Below, piece after piece: positions 38,149-50,539 of a stretch of 64,000 nucleotides of DNA. The DNA is taken from NCBI GenBank assembly GCA_002269645.1, contig NIVC01002042.1, positions 1 through 64,000 on the forward strand, given 5' to 3'. Each line of letters starts with the position of its first letter. The first letter of the stretch is position 1. A program made the position numbers and the translations under genes. The notes under the pieces were generated by a model that saw only the letters and a program-made list of their open reading frames with translations, was not told where the DNA came from and did not search any database. The stretch is from Macrostomum lignano. Lineage: Eukaryota.

Positions 38149-39400
38149 GATCACTCGTAGAAGTCAGTTTATGGCGTGAAAAACTGAGGTGAGTGTCAAA
38201 GATTCGTTAATCATCAACTGAAATTTTGTGTGATCACTCGTAGAAGTCAGTTTATGGCGTGAAAAACTGAGGCGAGTGTCAAAGATTCGTTAATCATCAA
38301 TTGAAATTTTGTGTGATCACTCGTAGAAGTCAGTTTATGGCGTGTAAACTGAGGTGAGTGTCAAAGATTCGTTAATCATCAACTGAAATTTTGTGTGATC
38401 ACTCGTAGAAGTCAGTTTATGGCGTGAAAAACTGAGGTGAGTGTCAAAGATTCGTTAATCATCAACTGAAATTTTGTGCGATCACTCGTAGAAGGCAGTT
38501 TATGGCGTGAAAAACTGAGGTGAGTGTCAAAGATTCGTTAATCATCAACTGAAATTTTGTGTGATCACTCGTAGAAGTCAGTTTATGGCGTGTAAACTGA
38601 GGTGAGTGTCAAAGATTCGTTAATCATCAACTGAAATTTTGTGTGATCACTCGTAGAAGTCAGTTTATGGCGTGAAAAACTGAGGTGAGTGTCAAAGATT
38701 CGTTAATCATCAACTGAAATTTTGTGCGATCACTCGTAGAAGGCAGTTTATGGCGTGAAAAACTGAGGTGAGTGTCAAAGATTCGTTAATCATCAACTGA
38801 AATTTTGTGTGATCACTCGTAGAAGTCAGTTTATGGCGTGAAAAACTGAGGTGAGTGTCAAAGATTCGTTAATCATCAACTGAAATTTTGTGCGATCACT
38901 CGTAGAAGTCAGTTTATGGCGTGAAAAACTGAGGTGAGTGTCAAAGATTCGTTAATCATCAACTGAAATTTTGTGTGATCACTCGTAGAAGTCAGTTTAT
39001 GGCGTGAAAAACTGAGGTGAGTGTCAAAGATTCGTTAATCATCAACTGAAATTTTGTGCGATCACTCGTAGAAGTCAGTTTATGGCGTGAAAAACTGAGG
39101 TGAGTGTCAAAGATTCGTTAATCATCAACTGAAATTTTGTGCGATCACTCGTAGAAGTCAGTTTATGGCGTGAAAAACTGAGGTGAGTGTCAAAGATTCG
39201 TTAATCATCAACTGAAATTTTGTGCGATCACTCGTAGAAGTCAGTTTATGGCGTGAAAAACTGAGGTGAGTGTCAAAGATTCGTTAATCATCAACTGAAA
39301 TTTTGTGTGATCACTCGTAGAAGTCAGTTTATGGCGTGAAAAACTGAGGTGAGTGTCAAAGATTCGTTAATCATCAACTGAAATTTTGTGTGATCACTCG
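38149..39400. repeat. 83-bp minisatellite, about 15 copies
   Basis: Unit GATCACTCGTAGAAGTCAGTTTATGGCGTGAAAAACTGAGGTGAGTGTCAAAGATTCGTTAATCATCAACTGAAATTTTGTGT. Confidence 0.96.
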
Positions 39401-42400
39401 AAAACTGGCCTCATTTGATGGCGGTGTGAATGAGTCTTACTGGACTCTGCATTAACTGTTACGAGGTACCTGCAAAAAACGAACTCGACACTCCTGAATG
39501 CATTGATAAAAGCGTACAAAGTCAATGAGATGGTTGATACGTGTGTTCAATACAATTACCACTTTAAAATAATGTTCCAGAAACTGATGTTAATCCAATT
39601 TTTTCTTCTTCCTAATTTTAGTGGTCCTTCATTCAATGCTGCACACAGCCATGCCATGTTAGCTTGAAATGGAGTTTCAGAGTTTTGCTGGCAAAAAGGA
39701 ACGATGAATGAGGCTCGAAAACGCTACCAAAGTGTCACTAAAGTTGGGCACATGCATTCACACTAAAGTACTAGATAGATAGTAGTTCAACTAAAACTGT
39801 CATATTTGTTCAACTATATTCAAGCAAGGCACCAAACTGAGAAGTTAATGATCCTAATTAAAGTCATCTGCACAGGGCGATTCTCACCTGCTCTGGAACA
39901 GCGGATTATCCTCTCTGACGTGAATAAGCTTGCCACCGATAATCTTAGACTTGATTACAGGCGTATAATAATTGCCATAAGGCGACTCCTTGTTTAGCAA
40001 GTTCGCGTCATGCAGGTGCCGCTCGCGGCTCTCAGCACCCTGTGAGTAGATTAGGATTTTTTTCAGCAGAGATTATCGGTGGTAGGGTATGCAAGTCATA
40101 TAATTTTCATGCCAACTTTTATAAGCTTGAAGTCTTAAAACAAGATGACTAAGTCTCAATGACATGTTTATTAAATTATCTACCAATAAATTGGCAGCAT
40201 CCCAGCCAACACCATGGATTCTATATTTGACTCAGTTTCACTTAGCTTAAAAAATACTCAATACAAACATACAATAAAATACAAAACTTTAAATTTTAAA
40301 CTAGAGCTACCTGCTGCTATTACTATTATTTTTTTGAATAACATAATGTGAAATTCCAGGCACTAGCAACAGTAATTTAAATTTGTATTGTTATCGCCTT
40401 TATTTTAGTTTTCAACAACTGACAATGGTCTATAGATAAGGTTATAGTTCTTATTCGATAATAAAAAAATCGTCATTTAGAAACATTGAAACGATCACAA
40501 TTAATTTCCCTGACGTCATGGAGGGGAAGGCTGCAAATGAATCGAATATTTTTTGAAACTATATGGTATCAAAATTGACATTTGATCAAATGGTCTAAAG
40601 ATGCAGAAAAAAGCCTGTTTGTATAAAAAAACTCTCAAAATTTTAACTTCCAGTAGTAACGTCCAGTAAAATAATATAAATCTAAGTCATATTTTCAAAA
40701 GTTACAATACTGTTACAATAACATGGTCATGCCGTCATGGTCATCATCAGCCATGGAAAAATGATAGTCTTTCCTTATTTTTTATAGCATTGAATAACAT
40801 TTTTTACTCTCAATAGCAACCAAAAAAGAAAATACCAATACCCACCGCTTCAAACATTTCTGACAAAACGGGAAACTGTCGAAGGATAAGGCAGGTGAAT
40901 ACACATAAATATTAATTAATGAAAGCGCGACAACATAAATAATTCAGGGATCACGGTTTCCAAGTTAAAAGCGCATGCCACTATTTTACATAGAAACAAA
41001 GGAATATGTTCCGTTAATTTCAGAATGATATTTAAATCTTTAGAACTTTGTAAAAGCTACAAATATTTGTTAAATTTCATTTAAACCTGGTAAAGTATGT
41101 TTTTATTTTTGATATACTATCACTCGGTGTTTTTTCGACAATGTTAAGCTAAAGTAGGGCGGCACAACTTGATTATAATTGTAATACAACCGTTTTTTAG
41201 TTCTAAATCCCGTATATTTTTATGTCTGAAGGATGCATAATTCGTGATCGAAAGGTCCAACTTTTAATTTCTTACAATCAGTAATACAACAGCAGGCTTA
41301 TCAAAAAAGATCACAATTAAATTTTGTGTAAATTTCTCTAAATGTATAAAAGTACTTAACACTCAACAGCCTCTTTCATTTACATCTTATCTGCTTTTGT
41401 AGCGTGAGCATTATCTATCTCGCCGATATGAAAAAACAACATAATTTTGTAAGCAACAAGAAAAAGAACACAAACAAAAAATCTTATTATAATGACTGTT
41501 CTCTCGAAACAGTTCGAGCACACTTTGACTTGAAAGTTGAAATTAGGCAGCTTAGGCTAAAAAAAATCTGTTAGGTCGTCAGAAACTTGTAACTCAGAAT
41601 TTTAGATTTATATTTCTGCTAAATTCACGCACCAGAAATTTGTAATTTTCTCTAACTATTCCATTCCGTCAGATAATTTTGTCGTCTTTTTTGTTTACTT
41701 TTCAAAATATCCGTTTGACTATATTTTTCGGAGAACAAAAAATTTCGTTTAATCAGTTTGCCTCGTGTTCGTGTAATACTAAGAAAGAGTATATTATACT
41801 TATTATTAACAATAGATATTACAGACGGTAAATCATAATTTAAGAGATCTTTCGGTTCCGTTTTGATCTATACGCAATTTAAGTAGTAAAATGCTTTTGA
41901 GTCAAAGGAATGAACGAGTAGCTTGGTTTCAAGTAGGAGTCTTTGCTCTAATTAGAAACTTTTTTTTGTCTTTCTCAAAAGTATTGACATTCTTCTCTTG
42001 GATCCTTCGTAAAAAGTGTCGTGAGGTTAGTTGATAATAATTCTTTGAACAAGTGACTTGTTTTCGTTGTTTTTGTTTAATGTTTTTTGATGCTTTTTGT
42101 ATAGGCCTAATATAGGGACTTTGTATGTTAGCCATTGCTGGTAGATAGAGAAGCCTATAATAGTTACAGTAAATACTTATAGCATTTAATTTTAGTTTTT
42201 TGTTGAGGCATAGCAAAGTAGGCCTTTGAAATTTCATATTTTAAGCCTAGATACAAATTCAATACCAATAATGCAATATTAATGGTTCCTAGATACTTTA
42301 TCATCTTATAGGCCTAACTCTGTTATCTTAAACTTTTTGTTTAATCATCCACTTTAAACTTTAAAAGACAGGAAATCTAGCCAAATGGCATGCTTTTAAG

Positions 42401-42639
42401 TTTGGTCAGTGTGTTAATACCAATATTCAATTTATAGATATTGTTAAGTTCAAATGTATCTAAAAACTAAGGTCAATCCTTGAGACTATAATGTGTCACT
42501 TTCTCATTCTAAACTTGGGACTCCAAAGAATAGTGAGTTATAACTACAAATATTGTTTTATTATAAAGTAATATAAAATATACTTTAGAAGAAAATGAAA
42601 TTATAAATTAAGAAAGATGCAATTATAAAGGCACAAAGA

Positions 42640-43108
42640 CCATAGCTGGGAAGGTAGCAGTTTTTGGTGAATTTTCTAGCACAAATTGGCCCTTTTTTGG
42701 CACACACGGCGCACATGGGGTACAAGGAAAAATTGGAAATGCTCTGGCAGCGCACATGGTGCATGGCGCTGAAAAAATATATAGTTACACTTTGTTATAC
42801 TTTGCAAAATATATAGTGTTAGGCCTAATTCCATAATTCGTAAAATAAAATGTTATACTATCAAAGAGTACTAAAATTATGTAAATCACGATATAAAATA
42901 TGTAAATGAAATTCAAATTTGTCTACCATAAATTCAAATTTGTTTACCAGTGAATTATTAATTACCTTACCTTACCTTACCTAACCTTAGACTTACCTTA
43001 TTGTGGCGCGCTGCGGCACATAAAATATTTTCTTCACGGCACACGGCGTGCAATGCTCAAAAGCCATCAAAATAGTTCCGGCGCACACTGCCACCTTTCC
43101 AACTATGG
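42640..43108. mobile_element. MITE with 8-bp TSD (hAT/P-like)
   Basis: TIRs CCATAGCTGGGAAGGTAGCAGT / ACTGCCACCTTTCCAACTATGG; perfect flanking repeat CACAAAGA. Confidence 0.8.
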
Positions 43109-43137
43109 CACAAAGATAGCATTCATTATTTGCAATT

Positions 43138-43689
43138 GCTATCTTGCAGAATCATGCATTAAACTCACTGTACACATATTTTTTAGCTATTGACATGAAA
43201 CTTTCCAAAAATGAATATTTTCATTATGTTCATTATGCCAACATTTTAGAAGTGTTTTGGCAATAAAATTCAATTGTGCAGGGTTGCAACTTAACTTTAA
43301 TTGCAATTTCCAGGGTTTTTTTATTTTAATAACTATTTACAATTTATGTAATTTTGAACTTTTGCACTAATGTCAATGGCAAAAATGTGTCTATTGCCAA
43401 AATGAATTACATACTCTAAGGCTCTAAAAAGAGGGGTTCGGGTTAGAAATATTTTGCTACTAAGCTACAAATATTGCAAATAAAGTGCTTTCTACCTAAA
43501 AATAACTTGTGGATGACTTTTGTTCCAACATGTATTGTGCTATTTCAATTAATAATTAACAATGGAATTTTAATGCCTAAACACTTCTAAAATGTTGGCT
43601 TAATGAAAATACTCATTTTTGGAAGGTTTTATATCAATAGCTAAAAAATGTGCATATAGTGAGTTTAATGAACAATTCTGCAAGATAGC
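43138..43689. mobile_element. foldback MITE with about 140-bp TIRs
   Basis: GCTATCTTGCAGAAT…AACATTTTAGAAGTGTTT mirrored at the right end; 8-bp TSD TTGCAATT on both sides. Confidence 0.8.
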
Positions 43690-44774
43690 TTGCAATTGTA
43701 TGGTATTGTGTAGATATTGCCAGTGTTTTTATTTGGTAACTAAAATAAATACCTTATAAATATTTCTCTTATCAGGGACTACTGAATATTTGTCCCTATA
43801 TATTTTTTCATATGAGTTCAAACTAACTAAAGCTAGTAGATGGAGTTTAGGCATGATTTATATATGTTTATAGCATTAGGTTTTTATTAGATTGTACTAT
43901 TAATGATTTTAAGTACAAAGGGTGTTTCAGAAGAAACAAACAATAAAAGTATTACACAATATATAAACCTTGTATTTATTTTAGTTACTATGTAAATAAC
44001 AATAGTACTATTTAAATGGTACCTTGCATTAATAAGTACTTATCAATTGTCAGTATTATTAAAAAATGAGATTGTTATCTTGTTATTTTTTTGAACTCTA
44101 AACTTATAATACTGATAGGTGACATTAAATTTAATATTTTCTAGTTGACAAAGTGATTGTATCATAGTTTTGTGGACAAAAGAGCAAACAAAATGGCAAT
44201 AGACGAAACAACTGTTAACTAAGCATTGGTCTAGATGGAAGATATATAGGGTATATATTTTCAGGATATGTATAGATAGATTTAGATATCCTTACAGAAA
44301 TGCATTTTTATCTGGTTCCTATATTTAATAATTTTGGCCACTCAATAACTAAAACTTAAAAGATCATTAAAATCATAGATTTCATAGGTAGAAGGATAGA
44401 GCAATAGAAATGAATGTTTATTAAACATTTAAAGCTGTTTTAAGAGAAATCTTAAGTCCACAAGGTCAGAGACTCATCAATAGATATTTTTATACCACTT
44501 GCATATTGTATTGTTAGGGTTATAGGGGCTAATATTAGGATAAATGTCTGTTTAAGAGTGATGGGTTGAGGTATTGCTGACATTCTTTACTTTGTCAATT
44601 ATTGTGGTAAATGATAGAAGAGGATCATTAAAAGTTATGAGAAGTTAAAAGATATTAATTAGCTATAGATATATATATAGACTATAAGGAGAAACTTTAA
44701 ATGGCTATGGAGTATGGATATAAATATAGAAAAATTATGGTTACATTAGAACTCTACAAAACATCAATACAATG

Positions 44775-44964
44775 CAGTGGCGCAACCAGGGGGGGGCGGG
44801 GAGGGCGGTCCCTCCCCCCCCCCTTAGGCGGGGGACCAAAAAAAAAATCAAAGGGGAGACCAAGCGAATTTTCGCCAAAAACAGAGCCACCCCTCCGCCA
44901 CCCCCCCCCTCCCGGGACTTTACCCTCAGAATCCGCCCTTGAAAAATTTCTGGTTTCGCTACTG
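44775..44964. mobile_element. hAT-type MITE
   Basis: TIRs CAGTGGCGCAACCAG / CTGGTTTCGCTACTG; perfect 8-bp TSD ATACAATG. Confidence 0.85.
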
Positions 44965-45105
44965 ATACAATGGGATAGAAAATGGAAATATAAACTGAAA
45001 AGTCAATAGAAAAATATAGGACAACAAAAATGAAGTACCAGGGTATGTTTAAATAAATCTTACTAAATTTGAATTTGAATATTAATCTATAAATATCTTT
45101 CCCAG

Positions 45106-45172
45106 ATCCAGCAATACAGAACAGTCAGATATGACATTGCTCCACTGTCGCCGCATTCCAAATTGCGACTAA
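45106..45172 (+). CDS. CTDNEP1: CTDNEP1/Dullard exon ([22 protein letters not shown])
   Basis: Acceptor ttcccag|, donor |gtaagt; resembles CTDNEP1 IQYQTVRYDILPLSP. Confidence 0.92.
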
Positions 45173-45262
45173 GTAAGTTTACTATTAATTTTTTCAATGC
45201 AATGCAATATTTTTATTGTAACTTTTGGCACAAGCAAACTGGCCCGGTGCCACCAACTGCAG

Positions 45263-45381
45263 GCCGGGTCAGGCGCAAAACCCTTGTGCTGGATTTGGAC
45301 GAGACTCTGATTCACTCCCAGCATGACGGCCTGGTGCAGATGGGAGGCCAGACAAAACAGCCAGCAGACTTCATTGTTCAC
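45263..45381 (+). CDS. CTDNEP1: CTDNEP1 exon with HAD motif I ([15 protein letters not shown])
   Basis: DLDET motif; acceptor ctgcag|, donor |gtgagt; 119 nt, phase 1 to 0. Confidence 0.95.
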
Positions 45382-45406
45382 GTGAGTTTGAGAGTTTGAG
45401 TATGAA

Positions 45407-45940
45407 ATGTGGAATAATAGGAGTTCAATGTGAGATGTGGAATAATGGGGATTTCAATATGAGATGTGGAATGATGGGGATTTCAATATGAGATGTGGAA
45501 TGATGGGATTTCAGTATGAGATGTGGAATGATGGGATTTCACTATGAAATGTGGAATAATGGTATTTCAATATGAATTGCGGAATAATAGGGATTTCACT
45601 ATGAAATGTGGAATAATGGGATTTCAATGTGAGATGTGGAATAATGGGATTTCAATATGAGATGTGGAATAATCGGGATTTCAGTATGAGATGTGGAATA
45701 ATTGGGGATTTCAATATGAGATGTGGAATAATCGGGATTTCAGTATGAGATGTGGAATAATGGGATTTCAGTATGAGGTGTGGAATAATGGGATTTCAGT
45801 ATGAGATGTGGAATGATGGGATTTCAGTATGAGGTGTGGAATAATGGGATTTCAGTATGAGATGTGGAATGATGGGATTTCAGTATGAGGTGTGGAATAA
45901 TGGGATTTCAGTATGAGATGTGGAATAATGCGGATTTCAG
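45407..45940. repeat. about 28-bp minisatellite filling a CTDNEP1 intron
   Basis: Unit GATGTGGAATAATGGGATTTCAGTATGA. Confidence 0.92.
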
Positions 45941-45983
45941 TTCGGCCGCAATCAACTATCCACCCCATTGTCCGCTTCCGCAG

Positions 45984-46284
45984 GTGCGCATCGACCGGCA
46001 CAATGTCCGCTTCTTCGTGCGCAAGCGGCCTCACGTTGACTTCTTTCTAGACGTCGTTAGCCAGTGGTACGACCTGGTGGTGTTCACCGCTTCTCTCCAG
46101 ATCTACGGCGAGGCCGTGGCCCAGCGGCTGGACAATGGCCGCCAGATTCTGAAGCGCGGCTTCTATAGGCAGGACTGCCAAGTTGACAACGGCAGCTACA
46201 TCAAGAATCTGGCCGCCGTGTCGCCCGACCTGGGCTCAGTTTTTATTCTGGACAATTCTCCGGGAGCTTATCGCACTTTTCCAG
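45984..46284 (+). CDS. CTDNEP1: CTDNEP1 exon ([37 protein letters not shown]...[13 protein letters not shown])
   Basis: 301 nt, acceptor ccgcag|, donor |gtggga; [14 protein letters not shown] and DNSP motifs. Confidence 0.96.
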
Positions 46285-46375
46285 GTGGGAGAGGTTGACT
46301 TTATTCTTGCTTTTTGTGTTCCCTAGTGCCTATTGCCTGCCTTCCACATTCCCCGGGTCCTCAAGCTGTGTTACC

Positions 46376-46862
46376 CTGCCAGATCCTCGGTTGCTGGGCC
46401 AGCCTCCCAGATCCCCAGTTGCTGGGCCAGCCTCCCAGATCCTCAGTTGCTGGGCCAGCCTCCCAGATCCTCAGTTGCTGGGCCAACCTCCCAGATCCTC
46501 AATCGCTAGGGCAGCCTCTCAGATCCTCAGTTGCTGAGCCAGCCTCTCAGATCCTCAGTTGCTAGGCCAGTCTCCCAGGTCCTCAGTTGCTGGGCCAGCC
46601 TCTCAGATCCTCAGTTGCTAGGCCAGTCTCCCAGGTCCTCAGTTGCTGGGCCAGCCTCTCAGATCCTCAGTTGCTAGGCCAGTCTCCCAGATCCTCAGTT
46701 GCTAGGGCAGCCTCTCAGATCCTCAGTTGCTGGGCCAGCCTCCCAGATCCTCAGTTGCTAGGCCAGCCTCCCAGATCCTCAGTTGCTAGGCCAGCCTCTC
46801 AAATCCTCAGTTGCTAGGCCAGCCTCTCAGATCCTCAGTTGCTAGGCCAGTCTCCCAGGTCC
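46376..46862. repeat. 28-bp minisatellite in the last CTDNEP1 intron
   Basis: Unit AGATCCTCAGTTGCT(G/A)GGCCAGCCTCCC. Confidence 0.92.
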
Positions 46863-47104
46863 TAGCCTCGCCGTGAAAAAAAGCTCTAATAATTAACTAG
46901 ATTCCGAGTTTATGAGTTTCAAAAGTGAGTTTCAAACTCGCGACAGGTGCCTGAGTTATTTGTTGTCATCAATCCATCTCAACCACTGAGCCAGAATCTC
47001 GCCTGTGTGTAAATTTTGTACACACACTATAAGGATCCTCGTCGCACTCATCTCATGCTACTCTTCAGTAGGCGATCTCTCTTATCCAATTCCGCCATCC
47101 GCAG

Positions 47105-47241
47105 AGAACGCCATCCCCATCGTGTCGTGGTTCTCGGACAGTTCGGACACGGCCCTACTGGCGCTGCTGCCGGTGCTGGACTCGCTGCGGTTTGTCACCG
47201 ACGTGCGCAGCGTGCTCAGCCGCAATCTGCACAGATCCTGA
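47105..47241 (+). CDS. CTDNEP1: CTDNEP1 last exon ([45 protein letters not shown])
   Basis: Acceptor ccgcag|, phase 1; [11 protein letters not shown]-terminus typical of CTDNEP1/Dullard. Confidence 0.95.
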
Positions 47242-50200
47242 GCTGCTGCTGCTGTGCACCTATATTTATTATTGTTCATTTTTGTTAAATTTGAAACATT
47301 TTGTGTCTCTGTCTGTCTGGTCAATTTGTTTGTTTTAATGCGTGTTTTTGAACTGTTTAGACAAGATTTCTTCTGCCCCAATGCCGTCCGGCTTTTGTTG
47401 CAAAACAGTCTCCATCTTTTTTGCAGTCAGTTTGAGAATAGTAGCAGTTGACTTAATCCAGAAGGCAGAACGCTATACTCAAGACAACTGCTGCAAAACT
47501 TTTGGACAGCCAGCAGTTATCTTTAATGTAGCGTTCTGCCACTCTGGATCGTACTTGCGCAACACCCGGCCGACTGGCGAGGGGCCCAGCCAAAGGTAAG
47601 TCGCAAAAATCCCCCCAAAAATACTGACCTAGTGCTAATTAGATGACGAGGTATTTAGCCCTAATAGTAGAGTCAGCTTACTCTCGCCGTTTACCCAAAA
47701 TGACGTTAATTTTGCTTAGGTATCTTTCACAGGTAAGTCGCATTTTTGGCACGGCCGGTGTAAATCAAGGGGGTGCGCATGTATGCTCTGAATTATAAAG
47801 CAACTAACTGCTCTGCTCTTAAGCTCAAACTGACTGCAATGTAGTTAGCACAGCTCTAACTCTAATGGTGAGAATTTACCATAGACAGTCTCTCGGTGGG
47901 CGTGAAACCTGGATTTCTCGTCTGCCGCCTTAAATTGGAGGGGGGGGTTCAATTTGGCTCCGCGAAGCCCCGTTCGCACCAATTGGCTACTGAAGATTGC
48001 TTTGTTGTCTATGGTAAAAGCTGCAATGCCGAATCTCTGCAGTGCTCATTATCAGAGACTTCTGCGATATAAATTTACAATAGACAAATAATAGAGTAAA
48101 GATAATTAAGTAGTGTAGTTGTACCCCCAAATTTAAGGCAGACAAGCAGTCTATGCTTTTAATCATCCATGGTTCAGACTGACTACAATCTGAGTTAATA
48201 TTTGTTCCGAGCTTTTGTCTATGGCTAAGAAAACCCGACGCAGATCTGACGTTACAATAATTAATTGATGGTTTAATGAAAACTAGTAAATAATATGCAA
48301 TTAATTTATTTTCATGCACAAATTTTCACGACAAAACTCTTTACAGACGCTCAAAAGTAGTAGTCAAGTGGTGCGGGTGATTGTTTTGCTGCTTGTATAA
48401 ATGTGTGTGTGCTTGTGATTGCATGACTTGGGCAGCATTTTAATATATTTCTTTATGGTTTCTATAGAGCTTTTTAAGAATCAAGTAAATAAATAATGCA
48501 ATTAATATTGCTGTATGCACACTTTCCATTGGCTGATTGGAGATTTGCAATAGGAGACATATGCGGCATTGTTTAGAGGGTAATTAGCACTGAGCCTTTA
48601 CTCACTGACTCGGTTTGATTCAGTCTTATCAACAATTAAATCTTGTGCAAAAAATGTTGTCAGCGAAATTTCTCTGATAAAAAAATTGTGCGATTCATTT
48701 ATTTGTTAAATTTGCTTTTTATCTAGCTGTGTGCTGCCCTGTCTACTTGTCTGTGACTGTCTTTTGCCATTGTTATATGCTGTATCCGCTGAGAGTAGTA
48801 TGTGCTGAGTTGGGGATTCAAATATGATATAATATTATATTTGCATGTACATTCTAAGCCTATTAAAATACTAATAAATATATTTGCCATGCTCTGACAC
48901 TCTGGCGGAACTGGATATCCCACACTCATTAGAACTGTGAATTGTGACCTTCGATTGTCAGTTTTTTTCTGGGTGGCAACCAAGGACTACTTAAGTAGAA
49001 GGACACAAGACTCAGAATTTCATTGGAGGCCGATTTTTTAATGTATCTCCTGTGCACGATATTGATCGTAAGATGCTTATTTTGTCGCAGAATAGGCAGT
49101 AACATATGCACTTTCAGTTAAGACATCAATAAGTTGAATAATTCGGACTTTAACAGCTCAAAATACTTGTCAACAGTACAGTCCTATATACTAAAAAAAT
49201 AATCTAAAACTGCTGATTTTATTATGTCAAAATAAACAAGAAAGAACGTCAAAAGAGACGAAACTCCAAACTAGCAAGGTAGCAGATACAGGAAGAAAGA
49301 TTTAAGACACTAGTCGTCCTTGGTGGCAACACGCCAAGTTGGGGTGGGCACTCGGCGGTGAACGTAATGCCATAAGGGCCAACCCCAAGGCAGGGTGATT
49401 TTGTGGAGATTGTGTTGAGGAGGGTCTGTGCTGAGGCGGATCTGTGCTGTGAAGGATCTGCTGTGGAGGGTCATCTCTCTTGTGCATTTTTATTTTTCGG
49501 GATTTTGACTTTTTAGACTTTTGAAGCTGTCTCTGAATATGTAATATTGACTGTGAAAAAAGACTTTTTTTGCCTAATTTCAAGCACCTGATCTGTTACT
49601 TAATGGAAAATTCGCTTTTATTGCAAAATTTCGCCATTGGTTTACTGTTAGTAGTCTGTTAAATTAGTCTGTTAGTAACAGAAAGGCGCTCGAATCTTGG
49701 AATTTGTTACGGAATCAATACACCATGTGACCGGCGTGTAGACTGCAACTTCCGTGTTCGAATCAAGCAAAGGGTCTTTGTTACTTTTGCGCACAAAATA
49801 ATCGCTTTTTCTGCGCGCTGTTTACTTGGCAACAAAAGCTGCTGTCTTTTGTATAACTCCAGTTTAATCAAGAGTTGGAGCTGAACATATATTTAAAAGT
49901 GGACAGGCGCGGCGGCGCCTCAAGTAGCGCTTTGAGACGGCTCTGAGAACGCTATATATGCGCTCCTTTATAATGCCGCTCTGTGTGGTACTTTCAATTG
50001 CGGCTTGAGTTTCTCCCCTTATACAGCGCTCGCCGCCTGTGCGAGGGCTATGAGGAGAGGAAAAGGGAAAGTGTGAAAATGCGCGCCAGAGAGAGAGACC
50101 GTCGGAGAAGCGGCAGTGTGTCGGTTTCTCCCACTCACAATATAGCTATCCGCGCCTTTCATTCTCAATTATTTTGGCTGGCCAACGGCAGAATTGGCAC

Positions 50201-50539
50201 TCAAGTGTTGGAGTTCCTTTTTAGAGGAGGCTTCGGCTAAAGCCTTGGAAACTCAACACCCAATTAATAGGCTCTTTGCTTAGCCGTTTGTTCCTAACTT
50301 TCTGCGGTGTATAGCCCCCCCCCTCAGATCCTCCATTGTTCGCGATAAAAGCGCTGATTGCGACTCTCAATGCGACCCGCGGCAGTTCATTGGCTCGTAG
50401 AGAGTGTCTGCTGTGGCTGTCAACTTTTTCTGTCGCCTCAGATAGACAAAAAAATACAAAACTAAACCAAAATGTCAAAAAATATTTGTCAAGAGATACT
50501 TTAAAGTCTAAAAGTAAAAATATCAAGTCCAAATCTAAC

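Noticed and set aside
38149-39400. CRISPR-like regular arrays (here and elsewhere)
   Set aside because: No unique spacers, no cas genes, eukaryotic context.
48880-49060. Possible transposase remnant (VNCDLRL…LGGNQG…DTRDSEFHW-like, Chapaev-type)
   Set aside because: Needs several frameshifts to assemble; cannot be supported without TBLASTN.
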